Of a stretch of DNA of 64,000 bases, positions 47,228 to 55,749 are shown piece by piece. The notes under the pieces are model-generated. The model was not told where the DNA came from. It made no database searches and was given only the letters and a program-made list of their open reading frames with translations. Origin of the DNA: an uncultured Gammaproteobacteria bacterium. GTDB lineage: Bacteria > Patescibacteriota > Patescibacteriia > UBA2591 > CAYTBZ01. The translations under genes were made by a program, and so were the position numbers. Numbering within the stretch: position 1 is the first letter of the stretch; each line of letters starts with the position of its first letter. Where the stretch lies: contig CAYTBZ010000001.1 of NCBI GenBank assembly GCA_964436275.1, positions 33,980 to 97,979 of the forward strand, written 5' to 3'.

Positions 47228-48109
47228 TTATTCCTCCTCTATTCCACTGTCAAACTCAATTTTATACTTACTCATTTGGCTCAAGTCGTAATCAGTATAA
47301 ATATAACCTTCAAATGTCTTCGTCTGACCATTACTGAAATTAGAAATAATAATAAGTTCAGATTCAAGAAGATTATCATCCTCATCATAGACACTGATTC
47401 TGAAATGCGCTAAAAGATAATCCTTACCAGAGTTATTAGTCATTTCACCTATTACTTTAATATACCCTACTCCAGAGTCCTTAAAATGCACATTTTTATA
47501 AAAAAATCCTCCGGCTATACCCGTAGCTTCTTCCTCTGTGATCCCTCTTTTAAATCCTTTTGTCTTCTTCTGGATATCCCGAAACGTCTCTTCAGTTTTA
47601 TTAATCGTCTTCTTAAACTCTTCCCATCTATCCTTATCAAGTACTATGGTAACCTTTTGGGCATCTATTTTATTAACACTAACTATAGTTATGTAAGGAC
47701 CTTTGACTCCGACCTTCTTCTCAAATTCCTTTTCAAACCAAATACCAATAACCAAAAAAACATTTTCTCCTCTTATTCTATCTTCTACCGAACCAATGAT
47801 AAGAACTGAATCAGCGAGTTCCTGATAGTTCTCTTGAGTTTCCTGAAACGACTTATCTGTCTTACTAACTATCGTCTTAAGCTCTTCCCAACTATCCTTA
47901 TCCAAAAGTACAACAACTTTCTGGGAGTCAATATTATCAACATTAACTATACTTATAAAAGGACCAATCTTTTGTGCAAGGCCAGCAACCATACCTAAAT
48001 AATTCTCCTTTAGAACCATATCTTTCACTACTCCAGTAACGATAAGAGAATCAGGTTCAGCAATTAATGAGATAAATAAAAAGAGGAGAACTAATAAAAC
48101 CTTCTTCAC
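47228..48109 (-). CDS. Secreted hypothetical protein with two tandem ~90-aa repeat domains (GTG start)
   Basis: Signal-peptide-like MKKVLLVLLFLFISLIA, SD AAGGAGG. Internal DNA tandem duplication (about 47560-47700 vs 47830-47960). Confidence 0.55.
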   Translation of the reverse strand: MKKVLLVLLFLFISLIAEPDSLIVTGVVKDMVLKENYLGMVAGLAQKIGPFISIVNVDNIDSQKVVVLLDKDSWEELKTIVSKTDKSFQETQENYQELADSVLIIGSVEDRIRGENVFLVIGIWFEKEFEKKVGVKGPYITIVSVNKIDAQKVTIVLDKDRWEEFKKTINKTEETFRDIQKKTKGFKRGITEEEATGIAGGFFYKNVHFKDSGVGYIKVIGEMTNNSGKDYLLAHFRISVYDEDDNLLESELIIISNFSNGQTKTFEGYIYTDYDLSQMSKYKIEFDSGIEEE

Positions 48110-48168
48110 TTTTTACCTCCTTTGTTTTTATTGTTTTTCATCCTTTTCAAAGAACAAATTTTTCCTTA

Positions 48169-48197
48169 AAACTAGCACATCTTAAGTATCTTGTCAA
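48169..48197 (-). promoter_or_regulatory. Promoter TTGACA-N17-TAGTTT for 47228..48109, abutting REP flank
   Basis: Minus-strand reading TTGACAagatacttaagatgtgcTAGTTT, then TTTGTTCTTTGAA motif at 48146-48158. Confidence 0.4.
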
Positions 48198-48201
48198 ATT
48201 C

Positions 48202-48275
48202 TTCGTCAGGGTTTCGTCAGGGTCGCACCCTAAAAAACCAGGTCGCACCCTAAAAAACCGCGCCCTAAAACACCT
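48202..48275. repeat. Flanking repeat array: (C/T)TTCGTCAGGG x2 then 20-bp units CAGGTCGCACCCTAAAAAAC x2 plus degenerate third
   Basis: Direct tandem repeats immediately downstream of the RAYT gene. Confidence 0.7.
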
Positions 48276-48281
48276 TAAAAG

Positions 48282-48989
48282 TCATTCTAAAGTCATTTCT
48301 TTTAAAATCTCTTTAGAATCAATAATATAGTTCTCAACAAACTCTTGATAAGAAGCAAAAGCTTTTATGTCTTTATCTCCGGTTGTTTTAAAATATTGGA
48401 GAATTTCTTCTGGATGAACCCAGGAAGTTTTTCGTTCGCCTATATAATCTGGATAACTTGAATAAGAATACTCAATTAGTTTCTTGGGATCTGATCCTTT
48501 TATTAACTCCAATGGGTTACAGTGGATATATCGGGAAAGATGAAGAAGATAACTTTCTTTATCAATCAAAACTGCTTTATAACGCCCTTGGAAAAGAGAA
48601 CTAACCCTTTCATATTTTTCATTAAAATATCTAACATAAGCATTTGCCAACCGTTTCATAAATTCTCTCATTGCTCTTTCATCAATCTGTTTTAACATAA
48701 AATGAAAATGGTTTGGCATTAAACAATACGCTAAAAGTTTAACCCTTTTATAAAGATCATAATCATTACCCAGTCGAAGTATATTAAATGGTATTTGATG
48801 GGTCGCACCCGTCAAGCTTGACGGGTGCGACCCATCAAAACATGGCTCACTAAGATAAACCTTTAAATAATAAAGAAAAACTTTATAATCCTGTTCGTCT
48901 AGGAAAATTTTTCTCTTCTCTACTCCACGATTATAAACGTGATAAATTCCTCCGCTTACATATTTTTTGACTGTATTTTTAGAAGGCAT
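48282..48989 (-). CDS. REP-associated tyrosine transposase (RAYT, IS200/IS605-like HUH Y1 family)
   Basis: YHVYNRG...IFLDEQDY..FL N-terminal motif, HUH motif LMPNHFHFML, catalytic Y region (GRYKAV). 235 aa. Confidence 0.75.
   Translation of the reverse strand: MPSKNTVKKYVSGGIYHVYNRGVEKRKIFLDEQDYKVFLYYLKVYLSEPCFDGSHPSSLTGATHQIPFNILRLGNDYDLYKRVKLLAYCLMPNHFHFMLKQIDERAMREFMKRLANAYVRYFNEKYERVSSLFQGRYKAVLIDKESYLLHLSRYIHCNPLELIKGSDPKKLIEYSYSSYPDYIGERKTSWVHPEEILQYFKTTGDKDIKAFASYQEFVENYIIDSKEILKEMTLE
48797..48836. repeat. Perfect 40-bp palindrome (REP inverted doublet) inside the RAYT ORF, encoding DGSHPSSLTGATH
   Basis: GATGGGTCGCACCCGTCAAG|CTTGACGGGTGCGACCCATC, exact reverse-complement halves around AAGCTT. 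Confidence 0.8.
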
Positions 48990-49048
48990 AAATAAATAAA
49001 AACAATAAAATAAAAATAGTTTACTTTATTATACCACAAAAAGTGTGC

Positions 49049-49143
49049 TTTCGTCAGGGTTTCGTCAGGGTGCGACCTAAAACCAGGTCGCACTAAAACC
49101 AGGTCGCACCCATCAAAAAAGACCGGGAAAATCCCGGTCTAAA
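49049..49143. repeat. Flanking repeat array: TTTCGTCAGGG x2, GGGTGCGACC (inverted), GGTCGCAC, GGTCGCACCCATC, then terminator hairpin GACCGGGAAAATCCCGGTC
   Basis: Upstream of RAYT. Doubles as terminator of the AMP-binding gene (stop at 49153). Confidence 0.7.
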
Positions 49144-49152
49144 GGGGCCTAT

Positions 49153-50706
49153 TTAGCCCATTATTGTTTTCTTCATTATTTTTACTATGCTTTTCCTCCC
49201 TCCTTTTGAATATAAATTTAATATCTCTATTCTAGAAGGAACCTCTTCTGGTTTAAGCAAAGAGCGGCAGTAATTTATCAGATCCTTCTCGGTTAGTTCA
49301 GATTCCCTCCTCAAAATAACCAAAGCAATAACCTCTTCTTCAATCTGCTTCTTCTTTGTCCTCTTACCCACTACTATTGCCTGCTTCACTCCTGGATGCG
49401 ATTCCAAAACCATCTCTACCTCTTGCGGAGAAACCTCACCACCAAAAGAAGAATAAATAAGTTCATTCCTTATCTGGTCAGTAATAATTATACTTCCCCC
49501 GTTCTTTTTACCTGCTAAACCGCTTCGCCAAAATCCATTTTCCCTTTCTGCTTCTGTTCGCACTTTATCTCTCCAATATCCTCTAAACACTTGAGGTCCG
49601 GCAACCAAAAATTCTCCCATTTTTACTCTTACTTCCATGCCCTCTACTTCTGAAAAAGCGCCTCCGCTCAGACCTATAAACATAGGAAAGGCCTCTGGAA
49701 AGCCAAGAATACGGATAATTTCTACTTCTCCGGCTAATTTCTCATAGAGATTCTTCTCCAGGAATGGATTAAAACTCTGCTCCAACACGCCGATGAACCG
49801 CAGGAAAGACAGATCTGGTCTTTGGAAATCCTTTATTAATTCATTAAGAAGCCCTGGCGTTGTCCAAAGAAAAGAGTGATTTTTCCAGCGAACCAGTCCT
49901 CTCTTCAATTCATCCGAATAAAGTTTGGGGAAAACTACTGAGGAACATCCGGCTGTCAAGGAGAAAAGTAAACTAACCAACCCAGGATATTCAAAAGGAG
50001 CAAAAACGAATGCCCTTTCTTCAGGAGAAGAAAAAATCTCTGGCCGATGCTGAAGGAACCATTTACCCAATTGATAAATTGCTGCCGTGACATTGCTATG
50101 ACTTATCCCTACTAGTTCTTTACCTCTTGTTTTATAAATTATCACTGCGGCATCTTCTTCTGGAACAATATTTACTGGCGAGAAATCAGGGCTATTCTCT
50201 GCTACTAGAAGAGGAAAATGGAAAGAAGAGGAAGATTTGAATGGTCCAGGAGAGAGATGAACATTCACAATGTGCTCTAAAGAACTTCTCCTGCTCTTTC
50301 TTAGAAAGTCAAAGTCATCAACCTTATCATCTGAACAAATAGCTACTTTTGCCTGAGATTTAGAAACTACTTCTTTAATCTTCCAGGTTCTCTCACGAGG
50401 ACCAAGTAAAATAGCCACCGCACCTATCCTATTCAATGCCAAAAAAGAGATAACAAACTGGAAGCAATTAGGCAAACAGATAATCACCCGGTCACCCTTT
50501 TTCACCCCAATCTTTTGCAAAGCATTGGCAAAGCGCTGACTCTTTTCCTGTAATTCTTGATAACTCATTTTCTTTCTATCTACTCCAGAAATAAGGGCTG
50601 GCTTTTCCGGATTATACTTAACCATATCATCGAAAACAGCATAAGGAGGGATAAAATGAAGATAAATCTCATCAAATAATCTGTGTACATCTCTCGCCTC
50701 GGCCAT
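49153..50706 (-). CDS. AMP-dependent synthetase/ligase (acyl-CoA synthetase / adenylation-domain family)
   Basis: AMP-binding superfamily layout. 517 aa. Confidence 0.75.
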   Translation of the reverse strand: MAEARDVHRLFDEIYLHFIPPYAVFDDMVKYNPEKPALISGVDRKKMSYQELQEKSQRFANALQKIGVKKGDRVIICLPNCFQFVISFLALNRIGAVAILLGPRERTWKIKEVVSKSQAKVAICSDDKVDDFDFLRKSRRSSLEHIVNVHLSPGPFKSSSSFHFPLLVAENSPDFSPVNIVPEEDAAVIIYKTRGKELVGISHSNVTAAIYQLGKWFLQHRPEIFSSPEERAFVFAPFEYPGLVSLLFSLTAGCSSVVFPKLYSDELKRGLVRWKNHSFLWTTPGLLNELIKDFQRPDLSFLRFIGVLEQSFNPFLEKNLYEKLAGEVEIIRILGFPEAFPMFIGLSGGAFSEVEGMEVRVKMGEFLVAGPQVFRGYWRDKVRTEAERENGFWRSGLAGKKNGGSIIITDQIRNELIYSSFGGEVSPQEVEMVLESHPGVKQAIVVGKRTKKKQIEEEVIALVILRRESELTEKDLINYCRSLLKPEEVPSRIEILNLYSKGGRKSIVKIMKKTIMG

Positions 50707-50771
50707 TTCAGACCTCCTTTCTTGTTTTTTTCAGGTTTTCAAGGTGCTTTTTCTGCTTTTCTATTAAAAAA

Positions 50772-50800
50772 ATTGTAAAAAGAAATTCCCTTGTTGTCAA
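50772..50800 (-). promoter_or_regulatory. Promoter TTGACA-N17-TACAAT for AMP-binding gene, overlapped by hairpin CCCTTGTTGTCAAGGG and inverted TTGTCAA/TTGACAA
   Basis: Minus-strand reading TTGACAacaagggaatttcttttTACAAT. Confidence 0.45.
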
Positions 50801-50832
50801 GGGTAGAGAATTTGACAATGAAGTGTAACCCT

Positions 50833-51981
50833 TCAAATCCCAGATAAAACTTCTAAAGTTTTTCGAGCGGTTTGTTGCCAATCAAACTTTCTCGCCTGAA
50901 TCAACCCCTCTTCACTCAACTTTTCTCTTAACTCTTTTTCTAACAATAACTTTTTCATTGCCTCTTTTAAAGAAATTAAATTATCTGGGTCAACTAAAAT
51001 TCCGGCTGAGTTAACTAACTCTGGCAAAGAAGAGGAAAAACTTGTAATTACTGGACAGCCGCAACCCATTGCTTCTAAAACAGGAAAGCCAAAACCTTCA
51101 TAAAAAGAAGGGTAAACAAATAAGGTGGCTAAGTGATAAAAAGCGAATTTATCTTTCTCTGGAAGATATCCAATAAAACGAATATTATTTTTATGCTTAA
51201 CTTTTTTTATGGCCTTCTGGACTGTTCTCCAAAGCCAACCCGGAGAACCAGCAATAAGTAACTGTCTTAAAGAATTATCATCCCCTCTTTCCCCTATCTC
51301 TTCAATCAATTTATCAAAAGCCAAGATAAGTCCAGAAATATTTTTCCGCGGCTCCAACCTTCCTAAACAAAAAATAAATTCTTTAGGTAGGTTGTATTTT
51401 ATTTTGACTCTATTTATTGTATCCTCATCAATCTTGTCTTTAAACAAACCAGAATGAATAACAACAATCTTATCCCTTTTTAAACCATATAAATTAACTA
51501 AATCGTCTGCTGTACTTTGGGAAACACTAATAATTTTATCAAATTCTTGGGTCAACTTTTTTAGATTAACCAGTTTGTGCCAAAGACAACGCTTAAAGGT
51601 AAAAAATTCAGGAAATTGCTCAAAAGTTAAATCATGAACTGTAATTACTTTATAGCAATCTGAGGAAAGAGAAATAAAATGCTGATTAGGAAGAAAAAAA
51701 ACATCTACCCCGCCTTTGATTAACTTATCAACTTTGGGTAGATGAAAAAATTTTTGAGATAAATTAAAAAATTTATTTGGCCAACGAAAACCAATAAATT
51801 TAACTTGAGGATAATCCCATTTAGGTAAATTTTCAGTAACCGATTTCAGAGAATTATAAAACAAAAAATACTCATTTTTTTGGTCAATCTTAAAAAGATT
51901 ATCCAAAAGATGAAAAGTATATTCCCCTACTCCAAAGTAAGGTTTTTCCATTAAAGGCCGAATATCAATCCCGATTTTCAT
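50833..51981 (-). CDS. Glycosyltransferase family 4 (GT-B)
   Basis: EGFGFPVLEAMGCGCPVITS motif. 382 aa. Confidence 0.8.
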   Translation of the reverse strand: MKIGIDIRPLMEKPYFGVGEYTFHLLDNLFKIDQKNEYFLFYNSLKSVTENLPKWDYPQVKFIGFRWPNKFFNLSQKFFHLPKVDKLIKGGVDVFFLPNQHFISLSSDCYKVITVHDLTFEQFPEFFTFKRCLWHKLVNLKKLTQEFDKIISVSQSTADDLVNLYGLKRDKIVVIHSGLFKDKIDEDTINRVKIKYNLPKEFIFCLGRLEPRKNISGLILAFDKLIEEIGERGDDNSLRQLLIAGSPGWLWRTVQKAIKKVKHKNNIRFIGYLPEKDKFAFYHLATLFVYPSFYEGFGFPVLEAMGCGCPVITSFSSSLPELVNSAGILVDPDNLISLKEAMKKLLLEKELREKLSEEGLIQARKFDWQQTARKTLEVLSGI

Positions 51982-51999
51982 TGATTATTCAAAAATTTT

Positions 52000-52461
52000 T
52001 TATAATTTGTAATAAAGAGGGGTATCTTCTTTTCCTTTATTCTTTTCTTTTGGAGAAATCATCGTTTCTAAACGTTTCTTTTTCTCTCTTAAAGTTTCAA
52101 TCTCATTCATAATTTCTTGAAGCGGCGGGGTTAAATTCTCCCAATCAATGTCCTTTCCTTGAGCAATAATTTTAAATTTACCCTCAAGAACTTCAATTGC
52201 TGCTTCTAATTTCTTTACAAAGTGCTTTTGCTCTTCAGGAAGAAAATTTTTAACATCCTCAATCGGCGTTTCTATTAATTCTTTAACTGTCTGATACTCT
52301 GGCCAACTTTCTACCATCGCCTTTTCTATCTCTTCCTCCTTCTTGCTGGACTCGCCTAAAAACTGGTCTAATTCCTTGTTAGATTCTTTTTGCATTTTTT
52401 GTTTATTAATTGTTAAAATATATCTAATTATTTTGATGTTCTTGCAAACTTTTAACAACAA
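52000..52461 (-). CDS. Hypothetical coiled-coil protein (true start probably MQKESNKE at 52393-52395)
   Basis: Long ORF start overlaps upstream gene by 38 nt. Internal ATG gives non-overlapping 131-aa product. Confidence 0.35.
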   Translation of the reverse strand: MLLKVCKNIKIIRYILTINKQKMQKESNKELDQFLGESSKKEEEIEKAMVESWPEYQTVKELIETPIEDVKNFLPEEQKHFVKKLEAAIEVLEGKFKIIAQGKDIDWENLTPPLQEIMNEIETLREKKKRLETMISPKEKNKGKEDTPLYYKL

Positions 52462-53560
52462 ACTCTCTTATTTCTTTTTTAAATCGCTCAGGATTAAATT
52501 TTTGAGCATGTTCTTTAATTTCATAAGGATTAAAATCTTTGCTATTAAACTTGATTACTTCATTGGCTAAATCCTCCCAAGTTTGTTCTTCAAAAAACAG
52601 ACCTGTTTTTCCTTCAATTATTGTTTCTAAAGCCCCACCGCTTTTATAGGCAATAACTGGCCGACCAGAAGCCATTGCTTCCACAGCGGTAATTCCAAAA
52701 TCTTCTTCTTGAGGATAAATCAATGCCTGACAATGACTTAGATATTTTACTTTTTCTTCTTCACTTACCGCTCCTAAAAACTCTATATTCTCTTTAGCCA
52801 TTTTCCTTAATTTTTTTTCTTCTTCACCCTTGCCAATAATTTTTAGAGGAATCCTTAAGCGATTAAATGCTTTAATGGCTAAATCTACTTTTTTATAAGG
52901 TCGTAAGCGGGCAATAATTAAAAAATAATTTCTAATATCTGAACTGATTTTATATTTATCTGTCTCTACCGGCGGATAAATAACCTTACTAGAACGATGA
53001 TAATACTTTTTTATTCTTTGAGCAACAAAGTAGGAATTAGCAATAAATTTATCCACCCTTTGAGCAGCTTGATAGTCCCAAGAACGCAAACGGTTAAGAA
53101 TAATAAGAAGAATTTTTTTAAGAAGCCGGCTATAATTTAAATTTTGCACATAAGAATGGGTATCACTCCAAAGATAACGCGTAGGAGTATGGCAATAACA
53201 AATATGAAGAGCCGAAGGTTTAGGAATCACTCCCTTAGCAAAAGCTGAAGCGTCAGAGATAATTAAATCATAATCCGTCAAATCTAACCCTTCTATTGCT
53301 GCAGGCATTAAAGGTAAATAAAATTTAAAAAATTTATGAGAGAAAGGTAATTTTTTAATAAACGATTCTTTTATTTCAAAATTTTTAAACAATCCTCTTG
53401 TCTTTTGGGGATAATATAACAAAGTATAAATCGGCGCTTTAGGCCAAATTTCTTTAAAAACCAAAAGAACTTTTTCTGCGCCGCCAATTTGATTAAGATG
53501 ATCATGAACTAAAGCAACTTTCATATTTTTAAACCGCTCCCTTTCTTGATAAGACAACAA
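52424..53560 (-). CDS. Glycosyltransferase family 4 (GT-B)
   Basis: EEDFGITAVEAMASGRPVIAYKSGG motif. 378 aa. Confidence 0.8.
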   Translation of the reverse strand: MLSYQERERFKNMKVALVHDHLNQIGGAEKVLLVFKEIWPKAPIYTLLYYPQKTRGLFKNFEIKESFIKKLPFSHKFFKFYLPLMPAAIEGLDLTDYDLIISDASAFAKGVIPKPSALHICYCHTPTRYLWSDTHSYVQNLNYSRLLKKILLIILNRLRSWDYQAAQRVDKFIANSYFVAQRIKKYYHRSSKVIYPPVETDKYKISSDIRNYFLIIARLRPYKKVDLAIKAFNRLRIPLKIIGKGEEEKKLRKMAKENIEFLGAVSEEEKVKYLSHCQALIYPQEEDFGITAVEAMASGRPVIAYKSGGALETIIEGKTGLFFEEQTWEDLANEVIKFNSKDFNPYEIKEHAQKFNPERFKKEIREFVVKSLQEHQNN

Positions 53561-54920
53561 AAGGGGTCTTTAAAATTATTTGTAAATCAAGTTGTGGAGA
53601 CCAATTCTCTATATAATAACTATCTAACTTTGCCTCGTCTTCAAAACTTAACTCAGCCCTGCCGGAAACCTGAGCCATACCAGTTATCCCCGGCTTAATA
53701 GATAAAAGCTTTTTATATCCCCTTTCATAAAGAGCAACTTCTTCTGGCTCATGAGGACGAGGACCAACTAAACTCATCTCACCTTTTAAAACATTCCAAA
53801 GTTGGGGTATTTCATCAATACTCGTTTTTCTAATAAATCTTCCTACTCGGGTAATTCGCGGGTCATTTTTTATTTTAAATAAAGGACCTTTCCTCTCATT
53901 GTATTTCATTAACTCTTTTTTAAGTAATTCAGCATTTTTAACCATTGAACGGAATTTATAAAGTTTAAATATCTTTCCTTTCTCCCCTACTCTTTTTAAG
54001 GCAACAATAGCCGGTCCCTCTGAATCAAGTTTAATAATAAGAGGCATAATCAAAAATAATGGCGAAAAAAGGACTAACCCAATCAGAGAACCAATAATAT
54101 CAACAACTCTTTTAAAAATTCTTCCCCATCCATCAAGTGGCGTTCTCCTTATTTCCACAATAGGTACGCCGGAAAGCGTATCTGTCTTTATATTACTGGC
54201 TTTAGCATCAAAAAGATCGGCTGCATAACGAAAAACCAAATGATGCTCATTACAAAAATCTAAAATAATTAAATTTTTCTTTCTTTCAATATTCGGATCA
54301 GCTGAGATAACCTCGTCAATCTCCTTATTATGCTTTTGAAAAATTTTTTCTAAAAGACCAGCATTAATTTCTTCTAAATTTTTTATTCGCTCAACGACGC
54401 GATAGCCAAAAGCAAGATTTTTAGACAAAAACCTATCTATTTCTTCAGCGATATTATTATTGCCAATTAAAATAATCCGATGAATCCCTATTCCCTTCTT
54501 AAATAAAGAACGCCTAATTAGACGGACAATTAGGCGGCCAAAACTGACGAAAATAATGGTTAATACCCAACCAGCTAAGACAATAAAACGAGAAGAAAAA
54601 AGTTCTCTCTTCAAAAAAACAGCAATAATAATGAGCATTATTCCTGTAGAACAGGCGAGAAAAATTTTAGAAAACTCCTCTGTCCATTTCCGACGAGGTT
54701 TAATAGAGTAAAGACCGGCTAAGGCAAAAATTATTAACCAAATTATTCCAATAACTACCAAATTGAATAAAAATTGTTTTAGAGGTATTTCATAAATAAC
54801 CGGCCTTAACTCAACTAAAGTCCTAAATCTTAAAAAATAAGCAATTAAACCAGAAAGGACAATCATTAAAAAATCAACAGGGACGAGAATGAAAGAAAAT
54901 AATAAATCTGATTTCCTCAT
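53529..54920 (-). CDS. Undecaprenyl-phosphate sugar phosphotransferase (WbaP/'bacterial sugar transferase' family)
   Basis: N-terminal TMs, C-terminal [14 protein letters not shown]...[12 protein letters not shown] catalytic domain. Confidence 0.85.
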   Translation of the reverse strand: MRKSDLLFSFILVPVDFLMIVLSGLIAYFLRFRTLVELRPVIYEIPLKQFLFNLVVIGIIWLIIFALAGLYSIKPRRKWTEEFSKIFLACSTGIMLIIIAVFLKRELFSSRFIVLAGWVLTIIFVSFGRLIVRLIRRSLFKKGIGIHRIILIGNNNIAEEIDRFLSKNLAFGYRVVERIKNLEEINAGLLEKIFQKHNKEIDEVISADPNIERKKNLIILDFCNEHHLVFRYAADLFDAKASNIKTDTLSGVPIVEIRRTPLDGWGRIFKRVVDIIGSLIGLVLFSPLFLIMPLIIKLDSEGPAIVALKRVGEKGKIFKLYKFRSMVKNAELLKKELMKYNERKGPLFKIKNDPRITRVGRFIRKTSIDEIPQLWNVLKGEMSLVGPRPHEPEEVALYERGYKKLLSIKPGITGMAQVSGRAELSFEDEAKLDSYYIENWSPQLDLQIILKTPFVVLSRKGAV

Positions 54921-54936
54921 AAAAATTATTAAAGAT

Positions 54937-55300
54937 GGTTAAGCAGACCTATAAGCCGAGTTCTGTACTCCAAAAAGGAGCGACGGCTATTTATCTGGAC
55001 CGGTTATTACTAACCGGCTCTAACGACCTACCAAAATTTGGTCTTTCACCCGGGTAAGGATTTAGCCGTTTCACCTCGGTTTTTTGACCTCTTTTATAAC
55101 CGAGCTCAGCCTGATTAATAAGAAGAGGTCCAGGCTGCCCTTAGATTACTCCTTGGGCGTCTCTGTTCGCACCTCTATCCCGCTAAAAGCGGGACGACGG
55201 GTGTTACCCGCTACCCTTTTTCTCTTCTTAAAGAAGAGAGAGTGCTCGGACTTTCCTCTCTGTCTGATTAAGACAGAGCAGCCGTCCGGTCTGCTTAACC
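54937..55300 (-). ncRNA. rnpB: RNase P RNA (bacterial type A)
   Basis: Minus strand reads 5'-GGUUAAGCAGACC...GAGAGGAAAGUCCGAGCACUCUC (P4 5' strand)...ACAGAACUCGGCUUAUAGGUCUGCUUAACC-3' (P4 3' strand, P1 closing). GC-rich island. The overlapping plus ORF is spurious. Confidence 0.8.
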
Positions 55301-55332
55301 TTACTATTTTATATCAGAAAATCGGCAAAAAG

Positions 55333-55746
55333 TCAACTTTTAAAATGAGCGTTGATTGCCTGATTAACTAATTTATCGGCTATTTTATTCTTATTTCGGG
55401 GTAAATAATGGAATTTAATTTTTTTAAAACCCAAAGAGAGATTCCAAACCTTGATAAACAAAGAACCGAGTTGATGGTCTTTTATTTTATATTTCCGATT
55501 TAATTGATTAACTATTAACTGACTATCTAAAAAACAATCAACCTCTTCAGCACCTAATTTTTTGGCTAACTCTAATGCTAAAATCAATGCTTTATACTCT
55601 GCCTGATTATTCGTCGCTTTACCTAAATATTTTTTGGCTGTTTTAATTAAATTCTCTTTCTCATCAAAAATAGCCACTCCGACACCAGCCGGGCCAGGAT
55701 TACCCCGCGCCCCTCCATCAGTATATATCTTCAACTTTTTAGCCAT
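55333..55746 (-). CDS. rnhA: Ribonuclease HI
   Basis: IYTDGGARGNPGPAGVG..., QAEYKALILALE, acidic DEDD residues. 137 aa. Confidence 0.85.
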   Translation of the reverse strand: MAKKLKIYTDGGARGNPGPAGVGVAIFDEKENLIKTAKKYLGKATNNQAEYKALILALELAKKLGAEEVDCFLDSQLIVNQLNRKYKIKDHQLGSLFIKVWNLSLGFKKIKFHYLPRNKNKIADKLVNQAINAHFKS

Positions 55747-55749
55747 AAA

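Larger units (their letters stand above)
48202..49143 (-). mobile_element. RAYT/REP unit: RAYT gene bracketed by direct TTTCGTCAGGG+REP arrays
   Basis: Same-orientation flank arrays at 48202-48275 and 49049-49143, internal palindrome, own promoter region 48990-49048. Confidence 0.55.

Noticed and set aside
46990-49150. CRISPR array (many short GC-rich repeats)
   Set aside because: Repeats are 10-20 bp, irregularly spaced, in both orientations, and interleaved with a transposase gene and a cargo gene. There are no uniform spacers and no cas genes. The region is REP/RAYT-type instead.
52000-52461. Full-length 153-aa reading of the ORF between the two GT4 genes
   Set aside because: The first 22 codons overlap the upstream GT4 gene by 38 nt. 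The internal ATG at 52393-52395 gives a non-overlapping product, and the shorter form is more plausible.
55084-55371. 95-aa plus-strand ORF
   Set aside because: Lies entirely within the RNase P RNA gene and the rnhA 3' end. It is an artefact of the GC-rich structured RNA.
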